Shown piece after piece: positions 41,201-54,866 of a stretch of 64,000 nucleotides of DNA. Source of the DNA: Octopus vulgaris (Eukaryota); NCBI GenBank assembly GCA_951406725.2, contig OX597825.1, positions 55,056,001-55,120,000 on the forward strand, written 5' to 3'. Position numbers and translations under genes: made by a program. The notes below the pieces were generated by a model that was given only the letters and a program-made list of their open reading frames with translations, was not told the DNA's origin and did no database searches. Numbering within the stretch: the first letter of the stretch is position 1; each line of letters opens with the position of its first letter.

Positions 41201-42869
41201 TCATTTGTCGTAGTTAACTCTGTTGAATTTTGTTGTATTTTTGCTATTGTCATTATGATTATCATCATTGTTGTTATTGATACTGATCTTGAAGGTAAGA
41301 GGTAGAGTTGAACTCACTGACCCAATTCATAACTAGTACCTGGGCTAATTCATCACCAGACCCATGAAAAGTTAAATTAACACTTTACAATATAAAGTAA
41401 TGAAACATTTATTCTAACACACTATTACTGTTTCAGCCACAACTACCCTTGACGTCTTTACTAGTTCAAATCCCATCAGATGTAGTTTTCACTTTCATGT
41501 CTCCAGAATCAACAACATAAATCTAGATCAATGATGTGCCAGATAGGCCACACAGAATTTGTAGTTGATCACAATGGTATTTGTATGTTTTATGAAAATG
41601 TTGTATGTGTACTGATCATGAGATTATCATAATTATACTATTAAGTTGACGTTTTTACCCTTCAGTTATGCAAAGAGCCACAAGAAATACCATCAGACAC
41701 CTTCCTTGACTCTTGAACAGTTTGATCACCCTACTGTTCAGGATCAAAACATTTTTTATAGACCTTTAAAGGTTGAAAGGCTCATTTGACTTAGTGAGGA
41801 TTTGAACTTAAGTCACAGAGAGGTAGAATGACTATTGCAATGCAAACTGTCCAATATGTTAATGCATTGGCTCAATCACTCCCACCATTACTATATACAT
41901 GTTCCTTGTGAAATATCAAGTTATCTGTGAAAAACAAGCACCTTATAAATTGAGGTTCAAATGGTGATTTGTAGTTATCTTGTGAATTGGGGTCATTTTG
42001 TTAATTGTGGGGTGATCTTGTGAGCTGGGATCATCTTTTGGGTATCAGAACATTTTATAAATTTGATCCACACCAGATGCACACACAGTTCTGGTTTCAA
42101 TTTTATCATGATGTTTGTACCAAAACAAATCAAAAACTCAAATCAACTGAATCCCCTTAAATTAAACAGCCACCATCATCCCTCCAAATCTTGAAATATA
42201 TCAGAAACTCTAAGCAAAAAAAAAAAAATAATAATAATAATAATTGTAACAAGACAATAATGAAAAATAGTTTTGAAACCTGTCCTTTGAATTTTAGAAA
42301 CAAAACAAAAACAACAAAATTGCTTCACAGAAATATAAATTTTCTGTTTAAATAAATAACTTATAATTGGAACATCCATCCTTTTGATAATTTTATTGCA
42401 TTTTTTTTCTCTCTTGTATCATTTCCACAGAAATATATTTTAATGTTTTAATAAAGTGTTTTTAGAATGTTTTAACAGTAATGTAATGCAATAAGATTAA
42501 AACATTGTAAATTCTAATTAATTTCTTGTATAAGACACTTTAAACGAGGTCGTTGATTTAATAGATAATTTATTTTTTGGTGGTCTTCGTTAATAAAAGT
42601 AATTTAAATGAAAAGAAATAAAGTATAGTGTGAAATATTCTCTTTTTTTTGTGTCATTTAGCTGAATTTTTTCTTAATGTTTTAATGTTTTAAATCTATT
42701 TTACGATGTTTGTATATGACTGTTTGTTGTAATGTAGTGAATTGGCTGTGTTGTTGGAGCATTAGGTTGAATACCTTGCTATATGAGTATCAAACCTCTG
42801 TGCTCAGAGATCAAATCCTGCCAAGGTCAGCTTTGCTTTTATCTTTTTCGGGGTCAATAAACACAATAT

Positions 42870-43075
42870 GAGGTGGCGAACTGGCAGGATTGTTAGCACG
42901 CTGGGCAAAATGCTTAGCAGTATTTTGCCTGTCTTTAAGTTCTGAGTTCAAATTCTGCCAAGGTTGATTTTGTCTTTCAGGGTCAATAAATTAAGTACCA
43001 GTTGTAAACTGGAGTTGATTTAAACAACTGGCCCCCTTCCTAAAAGTTTTGGGCCTCATGCCTTTAATAGAAAAG
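42870..43075 (+). mobile_element. SINE family B
   Basis: Same consensus; preceded by an older partial copy at about 42735-42860. Confidence 0.85.
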
Positions 43076-43337
43076 AATAAATGCAATATGAATTGAATGC
43101 AGTGAATTGGTGGAACAGTGAGAAGGTCAGATGAGATGCTTTGTGGTATCTGCTCTGTGGTATCTGGACCTTTGTGTTCTGACTGCAGTATTTATGATAA
43201 CACTGGTACCAAGCTGTATTTGCCTTAAAGTAACACTCTTTCAGTAAGAGAACACTGGTTGCAAAGAGAGAGGAGACTTGCATACATGGGCAACTTCCAA
43301 ACTTTCACAAAAAATAAAAATTGGTCTGGTTGTATAT

Positions 43338-43500
43338 ACAGCTGCACATAAATTCACTGCACATACAGATAATATACAGTATATGCAGGTAAGAAACTGT
43401 ACATGCAGATATACTGCATATGTAAATAAATGTTCTGCATATGCAGATAAATACACTGCACATGCAAATAATGCACTGCCCTGCACAGATGCAGATAAAT
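43338..43500. repeat. degenerate minisatellite, unit about 21 bp
   Basis: Recurring (c)actgcacatgcagataaat variants. Confidence 0.7.
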
Positions 43501-46107
43501 GGTTGCTATTGAATAACATAGTGCTCTAAGATAGTCTACTGGTAGAATGGAGTAATAGCTAGAGTTTTTATAACAGCATACTCTTCCTAATGCAAATTAC
43601 TTTATTGTAAAATAGGAATGGAAACTGCATTTTGTTTGGCAGACACACTGGAAGACAATGTATCAGGCAGTATGTATTCCAGTAGCTTACATTCTGAGTT
43701 CAAGATCTGTTATAATCAACTTTGTTTTTCATCTTTCCTGGAGTGACAAGCAAAGTACCAGTGAACAAAAGTAGATTGATAGAAACATTAGAAGTAATAC
43801 CATGTGGCTGTTATTTTGTTCTTCTTCATGTTTTGAGTTCAAACCCTGCTACAGACTATCTGGCAGACAAACTTAAACCCTTTGTCCAGCTTAAAACCAC
43901 CACTTGGTCTTTGAGTGTCTTTATTAGAGTTCACTTTGTCACAAGCACTTGAGCCAAGTCTCTCATTTCTGAATAATATTCTACATTCCTCTTAGAGAAG
44001 CCCTGTAAATGGTTACAAGCATGACACTTCTCTCCTAAGAAACAGAGAAAAAAATTTCTGTGCCTTGTTCAAGGCATATGACAAATGCATTTACACAATA
44101 TAATCAGTAAACCCTGAGCCATTATGATTTGTACAATATTAATGAAATTATAAGATTATAGTCCTGGTTTGTTGCTTTGGCTTTTCAAACTACAAGTGTG
44201 TGTGCATGTGTTCAATTCCGGAACTATGCCAGCAAGTGAGAGATAGATAGATTGATAGATGATAGAGATATAGATAGATAGATAAAAGGCTGGGTTGATA
44301 GATAGACAAGGAAAGAGAGATATGGTGAGAGAAAAGGGTAGTACAAATAATACAGAGTAAAAGAAAAAGAAATATTCAGACAAAGTGTGCAAGCATCTGA
44401 TTACTATGAAAACTAATGAGATCAACAGAACTAAAAGCAGATGGCAAACAAAACTCCAAAGAAGAGAGGATCTTGGAATGTTTAAGAATAGTTCCAAACT
44501 GCCGACTCATCACTGTTGTGAAGAAGTTGTTGTAAAAGAAATAGTGATACTTAGAATAATTAATGTACAGAAATATATTATTAGACAAAGGTATATAAAA
44601 AAAATAATAGCAACAATGAAAACAACAATGCTTTTAAATTTAGGCATTGAACCAGCAATTTCCAAGAAGGGAATCCATTGATACCATCAATCCTAATATT
44701 TGACTGATACTTCATTACATCAACCCCAAAAGGCTGAAAGAAAGTTGACCTTGGAGGCATTTTAACCCAGAACATGAAGAAGACAAACTGCAAAACATTT
44801 TCTTATGATGTTATATAACAAGTCTGCCAAAGTGGCACCTTTCATTGGTTCTAATTTAGGTACAATGTTGGCAATTGTGAATGGAGGGTTAGTTGATTAC
44901 ATGGGCCCTCAGTACTAGACTGATACCATAACAACACTGAAAGACTGAAAGGCTAAGATGACCTTAACAGGATTTGAACTCAGAACATAAGGAGTTAGAA
45001 ATACTGCACGGTATTCTGACAAGCTGCTCTAATGATTCTGCCATTATAGCATAGGCACAAGGCCAACAGTTTTATGGGAGATGAAATTAAAGTAACAGGG
45101 GCTTTATGAATGACCATGTTGATTGTGGCAGGATTGGAAGTGAGAACATAAAGAGTTGCAACTTGATAGTCTAATGCATTTTGTTTGACATGTAAATGAA
45201 CCTGCAATCTTTTATCAGCCACAAGGGTCCAAGACATTGAGGACAATACAAAGGTGAAATACAAAAGAAAGATGCAAACAAGAAACAATGGCAGATTTAA
45301 ATGGAGTGAATGAGTGAGATTGATATCAATGACCAATCAAAAAATAGCTAATAACAATAACACAATAACAAAATGGAGGGAAGAGGGGATAACACAAAGG
45401 GTAATTCAGATGACCTTGATATACCAAAGGTCAATGCCCTCCAGTTTGTTGCTGCCAGCCAACATTTACATAATGTGGATCCATTTAGCTATTCTGATCC
45501 AACCATTTTCACCTCCATTTTTACTCTCATCTGCCTCTTTAAGTTGTACCTGTATATGCTGATGAGGGCATGTTCTGAAAAAAAAAGCTCTCTCCTTAAA
45601 CCTGTAGAGTACATCCACTACACAACATCATTTGCCACAGGCACCAGACAGATGAACATTACCTGCCCTTCTTTTCCAAAAGAAGAACAGCAGATTAATT
45701 TCCATAATAGATTCAACTGACAACTAGAGCCATTCCACACATGATAATAGCTATTTGACATAAACCTATAATTTAGCAATGAAGTACACTGCTTAAGGGC
45801 ATGCCAGATGAGTTGTTCAGCCTACATAAAGCTTGGACAAATATGGTTGCAGGTGGTTCCTACATGGCCATGACTACACAATTTATCCTGAAAAAATAAA
45901 TTCTACCATCTCTCATACACTGCCAGGCTCAGGAATTTTTAGAAGTGTCTACATTCCTCAACCAGAAATCCTCAAGAAGAGGCTACCCAGGTTGCCTAAA
46001 CTGACACACAGAATTCTGTTCCCACCAATGTCTTTACCATACACACAGCCTCTACAGAATGCTACAGAAGGCATTTGTTTTGTGGTATTTATTATAATAA
46101 TAATAAT

Positions 46108-46321
46108 GGTTTTAAATTTTGGCACAAGGCCAGCTAGTCTGGGGGAGGGAGTTGCTCAAAAATATTGACTCCAGTGTTCAACTGGTACTTATTTTATAGA
46201 CCCTGAAAGGATGAAAGGCAAAGTCAACCTCAGTAGAATTTGAACTCAAAACATAAAGACAGACAAAATAATGCTAAGCATTTCACCCAGCATGCTAACG
46301 ATTCTGCCAGCTCACCATCTT
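46108..46321 (-). mobile_element. SINE family B
   Basis: Near-consensus reverse copy flanked by AAT runs. Confidence 0.9.
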
Positions 46322-46524
46322 AATAATAATAAGTTTCTGATTAAGGCTCAAGGTCAGTAATTTCAAGGAGAAGGGTTTTTATTAATTTCAAAGACCTCAG
46401 TACTTGATTAGCACTTTATTTCAATAACTCTAAAAAGTTTGAAAAGTAAAGTTGACCTTGGCAGGATTTGAACTCAGAATGAGAAAAGCCACTAAAATCA
46501 CAGTGAAGTATTTTCTCTGCTTTC

Positions 46525-46923
46525 CACTTTACTCTTTACTCTATTACTTGTTTCAGTCATTTGACTGCAGTCATGCTGGAGCACTGCCTTTAGTTGAGCA
46601 AATAGACCCCAGGACTTATTCTTTGGAAGCCTAGTACTTATTCTATCGGTCCCTTTTGCCGAACTACTAAGTTATGGGGACGTAAACACACCAGCATCAG
46701 TTGTCAAGCGATGTTGGGGGGACAAACACAGACACACAAACACACACATATACATATAAATGATGGGCTTCTTTCAGTTTCTTTCTACCAAATCCACTCA
46801 CAAAGCTTTGGTAGGCCCGAGGCTATAGTAGAACACACTTGCCCAATGTGCCACGCGGTAGGACTGAACCTGGAACCATGTGGTTGGTAAGCAAACTACT
46901 TATGACACAGCCACTCTTGCACC
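46525..46923 (-). mobile_element. SINE family A, near full length
   Basis: Aligns end to end with 32113-32752 minus its insert. Confidence 0.92.
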
Positions 46924-47337
46924 TAATAATAATAAAAATGATAACTGCTTCAAATTTTGGCACAAGGCCAGTAATTTTGTGGGAGTGTGTAAGTCAATTT
47001 CACTACCCCCAATGCTCAACTGGTATTTAATTTATCAACCACGAAAGGAAGAAAAGCAAAGTCAACCTCAGCAGATTTGAACACAGAATGTAACGATGGA
47101 CGAAATGTTGCTAAGCATTTTTCTCAGCATGCTAAGAATTCTGTCAGCAATAATAATGTCAACAAATTTCAGCACAAGACCAGCAATTTTGAAGGGAAGG
47201 GTTAGTCAATATCATTGACCCCAGTATACATTTGGTACTTTATTTTATCAGCCGCACATGGAGATGATAAGCAAAGTTGACTTTTGTAGGAATTGAACTT
47301 GAAATATAAGGAACCAGAAAAAAAAAGAAAATACCAT

Positions 47338-47338
47338 G

Positions 47339-47396
<58 letters not shown>
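47338..47396. repeat. (AAT)n microsatellite
   Basis: Directly visible; similar runs at 47880-47939, 48152-48190, 49676-49715 and 50138-50283. Confidence 0.95.
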
Positions 47397-47895
47397 GGGG
47401 GAAAATGTCCATGATAATTATAATAGTGATGACAAAGACAATGGCAAACATAATGATACTGATAATGCTGATGATGATGATGATGCTGAAAGCCATATGA
47501 AAATGCATAAAATAGAAGTGACACAAGTGAAAATAGCGCATCGCTATGCAAGATGAAGATTGCTTTCACTAAAACATGAGAAAGTATGGAAAAAAACCCA
47601 AAAAGAAAACATACCAAAGAATAAGAAAGAAAAGAAGTGAAATGTGGTGAATACTTGTTAAGCAGCAGTAAGATTGGCAAGGCGCCAAACATTGAAAAAT
47701 GTTCTAGGAATTTTGTACTGACATATGGAGTGAGGCATTGGCGGTAACAACAAGTTTCTTTCACATGGATTGAATAAATAGCAGAGATGTTATGAAATAA
47801 AAGAGAAATGCGATGAAAAATTTAGAACTGATGGAAAAAGAAGCATTGAATGATATGAAGTAATAAACAAACAAGGGCAAATAATAATAATAATG

Positions 47896-47938
<43 letters not shown>

Positions 47939-47939
<1 letters not shown>

Positions 47940-48151
47940 CCTTTCTACTCTAGGCACAAGGCCCAAAATTTTTGGGGAGGGGGCCAGTCGATTAGATCGA
48001 GCCCAGTAGGCAACTAGTACTTAATTTATTGACCCCAAAAAGATGAAAGGCAAAGTTGACCGTGGCAGCATTTGAACTCAGAATCAGATGACAGACGAAA
48101 TATCACTAAGCATTTCACCTAGCATGCTAATGATTCTGCCAACTTGCCACC

Positions 48152-48152
<1 letters not shown>
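47939..48152 (-). mobile_element. SINE family B
   Basis: Near-consensus reverse copy between (AAT)n tracts. Confidence 0.9.
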
Positions 48153-48191
<39 letters not shown>

Positions 48192-48313
48192 CGCAGAACA
48201 CTTTCCATACAATAACCATCAGAGCATCACAACAAATCACAGCACATACCCAAGGCACACAGAGCTGCGCTCGGTAGTGAAGTGAAAGCACGCTATAAAA
48301 ATAAAACTACTGA
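48192..48313 (+). mobile_element. probable R4/Dong-clade LINE 3' end inserted in (AAT)n
   Basis: cgcagaacactttccatacaataa (RRTLSIQ then stop), short 3' UTR ending aaaactactg-(aat)n; AAT runs on both sides. Confidence 0.6.
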
Positions 48314-49674
48314 ATAATAATAATAATATTAATAATAGTGGTTTAAAACTTTGGTACAAGAGCAGTAGTTCTGAGGGAAGTGAGTAAGTCAATTATATCA
48401 ACCCCCAGTGCTTAACTGATCTTTTTGCTTTAACTTTTTTTACTTCTTTCAGTCACTAGATTGTGGCCATGCTGGAATGATACCTTTAAGAACTTTTAGT
48501 CAAATAAATCGACCCAATACTTTTTCTTTTAAAGCCTGGTACTTATTCTGTTGGAGTCTTTTGGCAAACTGCTTAGCTACAGGGACATAAACACACCAAC
48601 ACCAGTTGTCAAGCGGTGATTAGGGTCAAACATAGACACAAAGGCGCGCGCACACACACACACAGACATTCTTTTATTCTGTTATTTGTTTCAGTCGTTT
48701 GACTGCAGCCATGCTGGAGCACTACCTTTTGCTGGAGCATATTTGAAAGTCTTTGTGAAAATTACTTAATACAGTTTTTTAAGTATTAAAGGATTTTGTT
48801 TCAAAAATTATTTTTTAAAACAAGTTATAAAATCTTTTATCAGGATGTTACTAACCTTTTTGGAAGAAGTCTTTTTTCCTAGTGTGCGTGAACACTTTGA
48901 ATTAATCTTTTAAAACACATGTGCTCTTGGTTAATGTGTATGTGTATGTCTATATATATGACAGGCTTCTTTCAGTTTTCATCTACCAAATCCACTTCCA
49001 AGGCTTTGGTTGGCCCAAAGCTATAGGGCTATAGTAGAAGACACTTGCCTAAGGTATCATGCAGTGGGTCTGATCCCAGAACCATGTGGTTGGGAAATAA
49101 TCACACAACACTGTATCAATGCCAAACAGGATGAAAGGCAAAGATAAAGTCAAACTCAGCAGAATTTGAAGTCAGAACATAAATACAGATGAAATGTCAC
49201 TAAGCTGTTTGTCCAGTATGTTAACAATTCTGCCAGCTTGCAGCCTTTTAAACTTAATAATAATAATAATGTTTTCTGTTTTCAAGAGAAGTCCAACATT
49301 TTTGAGGGGAAGGGATAAGTTGATATCATTGCAACCAGTACTTGACTGGCACTTCATTTTATCAACCCTGAGGGATGGATAAAAGCAGTAGCAGTAGTAG
49401 TTGTTGTTGATGTTGCAGTTGTTATTTCTAACAACTCACAACCCTGATAGAAATTTTAATTAAGGCACAAGACAAACAGAATTGAGGGACAGGGCTAGTT
49501 GGTATCACTGGCCCTAGTTGTTGACCAGCATTTCATTTTATTGACCCCAAAAGGATGAACAGCAAAGTTGACCTCAGCAGGGTTTTAATTCAGAATAAAA
49601 AGTGCCAGAATAAATACCACAATACTGCAAGGAATTTTGTGTAGTGCTTGAAACTTTCAGCCTCTCCAATGTCC

Positions 49675-49712
<38 letters not shown>

Positions 49713-49716
<4 letters not shown>

Positions 49717-49847
49717 GTGAAACCATATGGCATATTACCAGCCAATGTACGCCACTAGCCCTGAAGGAATATAAGAGATGCCACGACAATATAGCCAGGC
49801 TTGCCCATTGGACACTTTGCAACAAGTATGGACTTGACAGAGCAAAA
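49713..49847 (+). mobile_element. R4/Dong-clade LINE fragment (zinc knuckle / RHD region)
   Basis: NGETIWHITSQCTPLALKEYKRCHDNIARLAHWTLCNKYGLDRAK matches ET..H....C..LA..EY..RHD..A...HW.LC..YG. Confidence 0.88.
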
Positions 49848-49901
49848 CTACTGCTCTTGTGCCAAAGTTTTAAACCACTATTATTAATATTATTATTATT
49901 A

Positions 49902-49985
49902 TTCAATCTGATGGTCGCACTGAATCATAAAATCCCATAGGAACTTTGCTTTTTTATTTTCAATAATACCTTCGGGTTTGTGATC
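49902..49985 (-). mobile_element. inverted continuation of the R4/Dong fragment
   Basis: Minus strand translates DHKPEGIIENKKAKFLWDFMIQCDHQIE (LWDF.IQ.D motif preceding the RLE PD). Confidence 0.85.
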
Positions 49986-50135
49986 CCCAGTGGTCAACTG
50001 GTACTTACTTTATTGACCTCTGAAAGGATGGAAGCAAAGTTGACCTTGGTGGAATTTGAACTCAGAATGTAAAGACGGCCTAAGTGCTACTAAGCATTTT
50101 GTCCAGCACAGTAACAATTTAGCAAGCTTACTGCC

Positions 50136-50187
<52 letters not shown>

Positions 50188-50189
50188 TG

Positions 50190-50233
<44 letters not shown>

Positions 50234-51062
50234 CATAATAATAATAATAACAATAATTAATAATTAATAATGATAATGATGATAAAGTTTTCTAATATTT
50301 TCAATAATAATGATTTCTAATATGTAATATTTCTACATATAACTTTATTATTTTTAACATATGAATAATATTACAACCACTACTAATAATAATAACAATG
50401 ACAATAACAACAACGACAATGACAACAACAATTTGAAAAGACAATTTGTTCCATTCAATGTATTGTTGGCATTTTGAGAACTATTAGTTAGGAAGAGGAG
50501 GAGGAAGAGGGGGAGAAAGTGTGTAAGTTGATTTGGAAAACCAATAAAGTAAATAACGCAGAAATAGGTTAATAATCAGTTAAACTACAGCAGTAGACTG
50601 GAGTGTTACTGAAGACAGATCTGTTTAGAAGAAGATCTTAAGTCCTTAGGTAAAATGGAATGCTTATCAATTATTTGCTTGACTGATTCATACAAGATCT
50701 TCAGTTCAGAATGTTAAGAGAGAGAGAAGCAGAGGCAGGAAGATGGATATACAAAAGGAGAAAATATGTAAGAGACACAGAGAGATAGAAAGAGAGAGAG
50801 ATGGGGTAGGGAGGGAGGGGAGAGAGATAGAGAGAGCTATTTGAAATATCTAACAAACTGGAATGAGATGGTCGGATAAAGAAGCTAAAATGGGTTGGTG
50901 CCAAAGAGGGCACAATATAGTCAGCCAACTTCCGAATGATTGATTGATAGTTTTACCAAAGACAATAGTAGGAATCACCACCAAAAATCTACTTGTCTAC
51001 TCTCTCTGTATTTTCCCTAATGTTTTTATACGTTTATCTATTTATTCCCTCACCCTGCCTAG

Positions 51063-51112
51063 CTGGGTTTGAAGGTTGTGCAAATTCAGACTTTAACAGA
51101 GGAAAAATAAAG
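51063..51112 (+). CDS. candidate exon C (50 nt; coding status uncertain)
   Basis: Long pyrimidine tract with ccctaa, acceptor cctag, donor AAG|GTCAGA; open as GFEGCANSDFNRGKIK. Confidence 0.3.
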
Positions 51113-51295
51113 GTCAGAATAGATTATCTTTATACAAAATCTACTCAATATCAAAAGCTGGTACCTAATCATTTAGCATAATTAATGTTGTTCTCTTAAT
51201 ATTTAACCCCAGGTCAGTCCTCATTGAGCAGCTCTGTGAAGCATCCCAGTTTTTTATACAGATTTAACACTATCATTAATGCATTCATCTTGCAC

Positions 51296-51521
51296 AACTC
51301 TTTAGCATTCAAACTAGCCATATCTGGCCCAAATATTCTACTTGTTTCATGTTCAAACTGACCAGATCAGAACTGTTGCACTTACCCTGCAATATCATTC
51401 TAAAAATAAGCAATCACATTATCAAAATCTCAAAGCTATAAGATAGTGCATGATTAATTCAAAACAATGTGAATGAATAAGCTTTACATTTGACAGAATA
51501 ATCTGGATGTCAAAGGGTTAA
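51296..51521. mobile_element. piggyBac-type MITE
   Basis: aactctttagcattca ... tggatgtcaaagggttaa termini (CCCTTT-type TIR, TTAA on the right). Confidence 0.65.
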
Positions 51522-53227
51522 GAAGTTACGGTTTGATTTCAAGATTTGAGTACGGTTTCTGAGAATCAGATTCACATATGGAAGAATGGTGGATGTAGAA
51601 ATGAAATCCTGGTCATCAGTATTACATTGCAGACAGTGAAATTAAGAGGTACTATAAGGGACCAACTCAGTCCAATTAGCTGTAAGTATGATTTCAAACT
51701 GTGGCACAAGGCCAGCAATTTTAGTGGGAGGGACCAAGTCAGTTACATCAACCTCAGTATTCAAATGATACTTATTTTATCGACACCAAAAGGATAAAAG
51801 ACAAAGTCAGCCTTAGTAGAATTTGAAATCAGACTAACTAGAAGTAAATATGTACCTGAGTTATATTCTGACCACCAATTGAAAGGTGTGGCACAACTAA
51901 AATACCACAAGTACTATTGTTTGATAGTAGCTATTTCTAATTTAGGCACAAGACCAACAACTTTGAGAGAGGAATGGTTAGTTGGTATCATCTGACTGGT
52001 ACTTATGTTATCTATCCTGTAAGGGTGAAAAGTGAAGTCAACCCCAACAAGACTTGAATTCAGAATACAAAGAACTAGAAAAAATACCACAAGGTATTTT
52101 TTCTATCACTGTAATGTTTCTGCTAAATCATCACCTTTATTTTAGGTAATAATGTTTTCTAATTTCAGTACATGGTAAGCAATTTTCCAAGGATAAGTCA
52201 ATACTATCAGTCCTAGCACTTGGCTGGTGTGTTTATTTTATTGACCTCAGAGGGATGAAAAGTTAAGTTAACTCCAGCAGGAATTGAAAGTAAAGATGAC
52301 TCCAGTGGGAACTGAATTCAGAATTTAAAGAACCAACACAAATTATCGCAAGGCATACTTTTCTGACACTTTTATGATTCTACCAGCTCACTGTCTTCAT
52401 TTTATCTTTTATTTTGTTTGTAATGATAAAGCATTTTCTACCATGACTCATTTCCATGTAAAAGAACTCTTTAAACTATAAACAATTATAAACATGGTTC
52501 TTTAAGAAAACTTTCCAAGTGTTTCTGCAGCAAATGTATTGCTCTGATATACACCTGGCCCTGAGGATACTGAGATAAGGTTCAAATAAAAACACAGAAT
52601 TGTTTGCTTACATTTCACCTGCTAACTAAAAATAGAAAAGATTGTTCACAGGTGTGCTTCGAGATTCAATTAACCTGTTTGTAAACATTAAAGCCAGTAG
52701 AAGAGCTCTTTCATTAAATTTTACTTCTGTCATTTCACCACTGTGAGTTCAAATCCAGCCAGGATTAATTCTTCACTTTCAAATGGTCAAGTATGGCAGA
52801 TGATGCATTGTTTCGGCCTTAAAACTCATTTTTGTCTGCTGAGTGGACTGAAGTAATATGAAATAAGGTACCTTGCTCAAGGTCACAATGTGGCTCCTAG
52901 ATCAGAAATTAGGTCCACAACCATATGATGAAGGACCTATTAGCTAACCACTAGGCCATACACCTCCTCCTGTACATATACATGCATCCACATCTGTGTG
53001 TGGAAATACATGCATATGTGTGTGTATATATATATATATGTATATACACATACATACACACATACACACACACAAATGGAAGGACAGAGGGAGAGAAAGA
53101 AGTGGGGGTAATCTAGTATAGAAACATCCAGTAAATATTCAGCAGTCAACATTCAGGAAACTAATATTTAATATTAGGTCGATATCTTCAGCTTCTTTGC
53201 TTAAAATCTCTAGTCTCTCCATAATAA

Positions 53228-53262
<35 letters not shown>

Positions 53263-54046
53263 TAATAATAAAAGAAACACAGACAGATATTTTAGTGATG
53301 GATATAATCAATTTTATCAACCTAAGTACTTCACTTATTTTATCAATCACTAGGAAGATGAAACACAAAGTCGACCTTAGCAGGACTTAAGCTCAGAATG
53401 TAAACAGTCAAGTAAATAACACAAAGTTTATTTTGTTCAATGATCTACTGATTCTGTATCCTAATAGAGGGAAGGCTGTTTGTTTGAGAGGAATAGAAAT
53501 GGTTAAGTAAACTAGTCCCAGTATTTAACTACCACCATATAGTGGTATATATCTACCACTATATCTATGTAAAGATATATGTACATAAATATTATAAATA
53601 TTACACACACACATAAATGCATTGGCATAGAAGGGAAAAATGCAATGTAGAGCTTATAGATTTGGGGCTAAATACCACAATATTGTCTTCAACTGATTTT
53701 GTGATTAATTAATATTAATAGATAATGACGGCGATGACAATAATTATAACAAATATCAAATAATGATAATATTTGTAATTTATTAAGATTACAATAATGG
53801 AGTCAACATATTAAATTATATGATTTAAAACTGATTTCTTTTATAATAAATTACAGAAGACCATTCTTTATAATTATCATAAAGTTGAATACTTTTCAGT
53901 GACAGCCATGCATGGGTGCTCCATCGGGGTTCAAAGAGGAGTTCTGCATATGTATCCAGCCCTCTAGGATATCATATGGTAGCCAAATAACAATGTAAAA
54001 GCTCTAAAATACATGTTATGAGGTTTTAACCCAAAGTATACTATAT

Positions 54047-54465
54047 ATCATGGCTGTGTGGTAAGAAGCTTGCTTCCCAACCCCATGGTTCTGGGTTCAG
54101 TCCCACAGCATAACAATTCGGGCAAGTATTTTTTACTATAGTCTCAGGCCGACCAAAACCTTGTAAGTGGATTTGGTAGATAGAAACTGAAAGAAGCCTG
54201 TTATATATATATACATATTGGTATATATTTATGTGTGTATGTTTGTGTGTATTTCTGTTTGTCCATCCCCCACCCCCACCATTGGTTGACAACCAATGCT
54301 GGTGTGTCCCCGTAACTTAGCAGTTTTGCAAAAGAGACTGATAGAATAAGTACTAGGCTTACAACAAATAAGTCCTGAGACCGAGCTCTTCAACTAAAAA
54401 CCCTTTAAGGTGGTGCTCCAGCATGGTCACAGTCAAATGACTGAAACAAGTAAAAGAATAAAAGA
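54047..54465 (+). mobile_element. SINE family A, near full length
   Basis: A-box-like tggctgtgtgg, B-box-like ggttcagtccc, tail ggtgctccagcatggtcacagtcaaatgactgaaacaagtaaaagaataaaagaa. Confidence 0.92.
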
Positions 54466-54582
54466 ATATATATATATATATATATATTTTAAATTAGAAA
54501 TAAGATAAAATCTTTATAAGAATTCATCAAGTAGTCAGCGTGAAAAACCTCATAAGGAAAGAATTATAATTATTCCCTTTAA

Positions 54583-54866
54583 ATATATTTATTTATAATG
54601 ATGGCATTACTACACATAAATGCCTCATGCTATGAGGGACCCTTAAAGTCAAAACTCCCATAATAAATACAGCGTACCGAATGCGAGGGAATGTAACTCT
54701 AGAAGCGAGCTCCTTAAAAAAAAGTGCATTTTGTGCACTAATTATGACATCATATGATATGTGGCTGAATGTTTCTTAGTATTTATTATAGTAGTTTTGA
54801 CTTTAAGAGTCCCTCATAGTGTGAGGCATTTATGTGTAGTAATGCCCTTATTATAAATAAATATAT
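54583..54866. repeat. inverted repeat, about 88-bp arms with 108-bp spacer, inside a TA-flanked insert (about 54487-54870)
   Basis: 54583-54670 is the reverse complement of 54779-54866 with few mismatches. Confidence 0.9.

Noticed and set aside
45556-45595. CTGATGA...GAAA motif
   Set aside because: Followed by poly-A; no stem III or stem I
47240-47764. 174-aa ORF with poly-Y/poly-H and overlapping poly-N/poly-I ORFs
   Set aside because: Driven by (AAT)n and (GAT)n repeats; no domain or splice support
53538-53565. Short palindromes (also 36979-36998) and the 16-bp direct repeat at 6547-6583
   Set aside because: Too short; expected from local slippage or fold-back repair in AT-rich DNA
54047-54125. 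SINE heads as true tRNA genes
   Set aside because: A/B-box-like motifs are present, but there is no complete cloverleaf and they continue into SINE bodies
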